From: an uncultured virus (IMG/VR IMGVR_UViG_3300034374_009246)
Taxonomy: Duplodnaviria > Heunggongvirae > Uroviricota > Caudoviricetes
Reading direction: 5' to 3' (one strand)
Virus record (IMG/VR): IMGVR_UViG_3300034374_009246
Length of the DNA stretch: 20,000 bases
Part shown: positions 17,257 to 20,000 of the stretch, in pieces
How positions within the stretch are numbered: the first letter of the stretch is position 1
How the letters are laid out: every line of letters begins with the position of its first letter
Made by a program: the position numbers and the translations under genes
Notes under the pieces: generated by a model
Database searches by the model: none
What the model was told of the DNA's origin: nothing
The model's input: the letters and a program-made list of their open reading frames with translations, nothing else

Positions 17257-18780
17257 ATGCCTAAAAGTACAAAGGTAGCTGTGGATAAGAGTGTTTTAAT
17301 AAACGCTACTTTACCACCAGCAACACAAACCTATACGGTAATTTCTCATGGTTATATTATTGATACAACATTAAAAAGTCTAGCTGCGGCAGGCTTTGTT
17401 GTATTAGATGAAAAATACAGATGTAATCAAGATGCTAGAGTAGCTCAAGGTATTTATAGAATTGAGTATCTGAATGATCCTGATTTATCTATGATGTTTA
17501 CATGGACAAACTCTTATGATAAATCAACTAGATTTAGATGTGCAGTTGGTGCGCATGTAAATGCAAGTGGCGCATCTATGGTAAAGAAAACATCTGCTTG
17601 GCAAAGAAAGCATACAGGTAATGCATTACAAGAAGCTACAGATCAGATAGATAATATTGTTGCTGATGCTCAAGATTATTTTCAAGAACTTCTTGATATT
17701 AAAAACAAGATGAAGCAAAAGTATTTATCTGAAGAAGCTTACATTATTGTAACAGATCCTACGTCTACTACAGTGTATCCTGGTTTATTTGAGAAACTAG
17801 TCAATAAAAAGTTTGGACATCTCATGGGTGATTTACATTTTACAAATAAGTTAATCACAAGTGAGCAATGTACTACTATTATGAAAGAGTATGAATCTCA
17901 AAGATATCATTATGGTACAGGTAAGAATTCATTGTGGACAGCTTATAATCATATATTAATAGGATTGAAATCAACACATCCAAAACTTTGGTTAGATATA
18001 CAAACCTCAGTTCTATTATATTTTATGGATGAGTTTGATTTAGTAAACTTTGACATAGAAGAAGATGATGATGAAGTAATAGATAGTGTAGATGAGGATA
18101 ACACAAATATTATTGAAGATGCTGATGATGATAACACATCTCCTATAGATAATGATTTTGAAGAAGAAGTTACAGAAGAACATGAAGAAGATCTTCAATT
18201 TATTCCTGCAGATAATGTTGTAGAAGAAACAGAAGAAGTTAAATCAGAAGTTAATTCTATAATGGTAACTGCAGAAGACTACGGTGATTTAGCAATAGGT
18301 AGTCTAGTAGAAGTAGAAGATATTATATATCAAGTAGCTGAAATACAAACCTATGAAGGAGAAGATTATCTTGTGTTAAATGAATTTACAGTAGGAGAAG
18401 AAATTACACCAGATCCTACCCCTGTTTTACCAGATCCTCCAGTATCAAATGTAGAATCTACAGTTAATCAAGATGAGTCAAATCAATTAAACTTTGACTT
18501 ATATCAAGATGATACTGAAGATGAAACAGAAGAAGAATCATCTGAATTAAATTCTGTTAATGAATTTCTAATAGAAAGCACAGAAGAAACCATTGAAGAA
18601 AATCAAGATTTAGATCCTGCTATTCAAAAAGCAATTAAGGATGAGCTTGAAAGTTTATATGGTTATTCTAATGTTGATTTCACATTTAAAAGAGATGATG
18701 AACATTATATAATAACATTATCAACAGGGGAATCTCTTGTACTAAGTAGTTCATACATAGATACAATAGTTTATTCTTAA
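17257..18780 (+). CDS. DUF932-like domain protein with long acidic C-terminal extension
   Basis: TY..ISH, NSYDKS, RKHTG and SLW.AYN motifs in the first ~250 aa; D/E-rich remainder. Confidence 0.7.
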   Translation: MPKSTKVAVDKSVLINATLPPATQTYTVISHGYIIDTTLKSLAAAGFVVLDEKYRCNQDARVAQGIYRIEYLNDPDLSMMFTWTNSYDKSTRFRCAVGAHVNASGASMVKKTSAWQRKHTGNALQEATDQIDNIVADAQDYFQELLDIKNKMKQKYLSEEAYIIVTDPTSTTVYPGLFEKLVNKKFGHLMGDLHFTNKLITSEQCTTIMKEYESQRYHYGTGKNSLWTAYNHILIGLKSTHPKLWLDIQTSVLLYFMDEFDLVNFDIEEDDDEVIDSVDEDNTNIIEDADDDNTSPIDNDFEEEVTEEHEEDLQFIPADNVVEETEEVKSEVNSIMVTAEDYGDLAIGSLVEVEDIIYQVAEIQTYEGEDYLVLNEFTVGEEITPDPTPVLPDPPVSNVESTVNQDESNQLNFDLYQDDTEDETEEESSELNSVNEFLIESTEETIEENQDLDPAIQKAIKDELESLYGYSNVDFTFKRDDEHYIITLSTGESLVLSSSYIDTIVYS

Positions 18781-18792
18781 TAGTTAAATCAA

Positions 18793-18825
18793 AAAGCAGA
18801 GTCTTAACAACTCTGCTTTCTTTTT
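18793..18825 (+). terminator. Rho-independent terminator
   Basis: AAAGCAGAGT-CTTAACA-ACTCTGCTTT followed by CTTTTT. Confidence 0.85.
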
Positions 18826-18875
18826 AGCTATCCCTAAGCCTAGATAAATAAATATCATAACTAAAATAAAAAAAA

Positions 18876-19100
18876 ATGAATAAGAAAGAAACAATTGATG
18901 GATATACTTTTGAGTATAATTCAGAAGACAATTTTTATGAGTGCAGAGGTACTATCTGCTATGATGATGAACATGATGAGATGCCCGAACCTGGATTGTG
19001 GAGAGCTGCTCATAAACTTGCTACAAAATTAAAGAATCAAGGTATTGATGCAGAAGTAGAACATTCTGAGAAAGGTTGGGTAGAAGTATTAATGAATTAA
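18876..19100 (+). CDS. Small acidic hypothetical protein
   Basis: 74 aa with A-rich leader; its TAA stop lies within repeat copy 1. Confidence 0.75.
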   Translation: MNKKETIDGYTFEYNSEDNFYECRGTICYDDEHDEMPEPGLWRAAHKLATKLKNQGIDAEVEHSEKGWVEVLMN

Positions 19101-19118
19101 ACCAAAACAAAAATGAGT
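19096..19118 (+). repeat. Cassette-delimiting direct repeat, copy 1
   Basis: ATTAAACCAAAACAAAAATGAGT, 22/23 identical to copy 2. Confidence 0.9.
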
Positions 19119-19227
19119 AGATGGTAGGGTTTGACTTGACAGACATTGGAGAAAGGGGTGGTGCGACTCAAGGTGAAAAAAGCCTGAACCCGAAACAGTT
19201 CAAATCTGTTACCTACCAGATACTCAT
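19113..19227 (+). ncRNA. tRNA-like structured RNA (acceptor stem and T-arm, no canonical D or anticodon arm)
   Basis: T-arm AACAG-TTCAAAT-CTGTT (19194-19210); TGGTAGG (19122-19128) pairs with CCTACCA (19212-19218); ATGAGTA (19113-19119) pairs with TACTCAT (19221-19227); locally GC-rich; ATG frame stops after 4 codons. Confidence 0.65.
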
Positions 19228-19248
19228 TAAACCAAAACAAAGATGAGT
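19226..19248 (+). repeat. Cassette-delimiting direct repeat, copy 2
   Basis: ATTAAACCAAAACAAAGATGAGT, contains the ATG at 19243. Confidence 0.9.
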
Positions 19249-19440
19249 GAAGAGATAAAAATAACTATAGAAGAGTTAGAGAAGGAAATTAAACAGGCTT
19301 TTATTCATGGTCAAGGTAATAAAGAAATGATGGAAGCAGGGTTGGAAAGAGATGAAACTGAAGATTATGTTAACAGTAGAATGAGAAGTTTATTAAAACA
19401 AAACAAAGATGAAAGAAGAAATAGCAAGTATGTTGATTGA
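19243..19440 (+). CDS. Small hypothetical protein (cassette)
   Basis: Starts at the ATG of repeat 2 and reads through repeat 3 as LKQNKDE. Confidence 0.7.
   Translation: MSEEIKITIEELEKEIKQAFIHGQGNKEMMEAGLERDETEDYVNSRMRSLLKQNKDERRNSKYVD
19392..19412 (+). repeat. Cassette-delimiting direct repeat, copy 3
   Basis: ATTAAAACAAAACAAAGATGA, contains the ATG at 19409. Confidence 0.85.
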
Positions 19441-19615
19441 TATTTTTAACAGACTAAATATAGACACTCCAAATAATTTTGATAGCATATTAAATTTTGT
19501 TATTGAAGATGTTGAAGAAACTGCTGATAAAAAAAATTGGCATGATGGAGATGTAGCAATAGCATTTAGAAGATGGATAGAAAACCAAAACAAAGATGAT
19601 CAGCAAAAAAAATAA
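19409..19615 (+). CDS. Small acidic hypothetical protein (cassette)
   Basis: Starts at the ATG of repeat 3 and reads through repeat 4 as NQNKDD. Confidence 0.7.
   Translation: MKEEIASMLIDIFNRLNIDTPNNFDSILNFVIEDVEETADKKNWHDGDVAIAFRRWIENQNKDDQQKK
19582..19599 (+). repeat. Cassette-delimiting direct repeat, copy 4
   Basis: AAACCAAAACAAAGATGA, contains the ATG at 19596. Confidence 0.85.
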
Positions 19616-19766
19616 TTTTGTAAAAGTAAAATTGAGGTTGGAAGAAATAGAGGACATAGTTGGTGTCTATGAGTTTATTAAATTTAAAAATGGTTCTTCT
19701 TCTCAAGAGGGTAAATTAGCCACTAAAATAATTAATAGACTAAAAAAACATTTAGATGAGAATTGA
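19596..19766 (+). CDS. Small hypothetical protein, 56 aa (MISKKNNFVKVKLRLEEIEDIVGVYEF...KHLDEN), absent from the ORF track
   Basis: Manual translation from the ATG of repeat 4 to TGA at 19764-19766; fills the gap and overlaps the next gene. Confidence 0.65.
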   Translation: MISKKNNFVKVKLRLEEIEDIVGVYEFIKFKNGSSSQEGKLATKIINRLKKHLDEN

Positions 19767-20000
19767 AATATCAACAAGGGTAGTTTTTCTGATAGGCAAA
19801 TATGCCATCAAAATACCTATAGATCGCAGAGGGTATCTGCAGGGTAAAAATGAAAAAGCAGTATGGGAATCCGGTAAGTGCAGAAAACTATTGGCTCCTT
19901 TAGTCTGGTCCAGGTTTGGCATAGTGATCCAAAAAAGATGCACAGAGATTAACTATTTTGTAGAAAATTATGTATTTGAAATCAAAAATACATTTCCTCA
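19756..20000 (+). CDS. Putative small protein-kinase-like fold protein, truncated by the window end
   Basis: Manual translation MRIEISTRVVFLIGKYAIKIPIDRRGYLQGKNEKAVW...LLAPL...; STRVVF, AIK and helix-C-like NE resemble a kinase N-lobe; frame open to the window end. Confidence 0.6.
   Translation, partial: MRIEISTRVVFLIGKYAIKIPIDRRGYLQGKNEKAVWESGKCRKLLAPLVWSRFGIVIQKRCTEINYFVENYVFEIKNTFP

Noticed and set aside
17949..18137. Minus-strand Ser-rich 62 aa ORF
   Set aside because: Antisense artefact of GAT/GAA-rich acidic codons.
18408..18438. Short direct repeat ACCAGATCCT, two copies
   Set aside because: Explained by the PDPTPVLPDPP linker coding sequence.
19123..19218. Canonical tRNA or tmRNA gene
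   Set aside because: No clear D-arm or 5 bp/7 nt anticodon arm. The apparent terminal CCA is out of register with the T-arm. It is too short for tmRNA and lacks the G3-U70 pair.
19393..19593. Minus-strand 66 aa ORF
   Set aside because: Shadow of the + strand cassette gene that starts at the repeat ATG.
19096..19599. CRISPR or mini-CRISPR array
   Set aside because: Units are 130-187 nt and variable, mostly protein-coding; the repeat is short, A-rich and non-palindromic; no cas genes are present.
19752..19943. Minus-strand 63 aa ORF
   Set aside because: Overlaps a better + strand kinase-like frame that is collinear with its neighbours.
1..20000. Stop-codon reassignment as in some crAss-like phages
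   Set aside because: Long genes are intact in the standard code, and TAG and TGA end genes at sensible positions. Reading through the TAG after ATG 19113 meets a TGA four codons later.

Overview
AT-rich, gene-dense window from a tailed dsDNA phage, probably infecting Bacteroidota and organised like crAss-like/Flavobacteriia phages. Host evidence: TAnnTTTG promoter elements, A-rich starts without Shine-Dalgarno, and signal peptides with +1 Gln. Most of it is the replication/recombination module on the + strand: WGR-like, NinB-like, uracil-DNA glycosylase, initiator-like, DnaB helicase, Sak4-like ATPase, SSB-like, primase, GIY-YIG nuclease, PD-(D/E)XK exonuclease, family B polymerase and a DUF932-like protein with a long acidic tail. 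Embedded in it are two minus-strand islands with their own host-type promoters (one a spanin-like pair) and a six-gene His-rich protein / HEXXH-vWA / MoxR-like AAA+ cluster. The most unusual part is the last ~1.1 kb: an array of small units delimited by a conserved AAA(C/A)CAAAACAAA(G/A)ATGA repeat that supplies each unit's start codon. One unit is non-coding and folds into a tRNA-like RNA with acceptor stem and T-arm but no recognisable anticodon arm. All family names come from motif recognition by eye; no searches were run.
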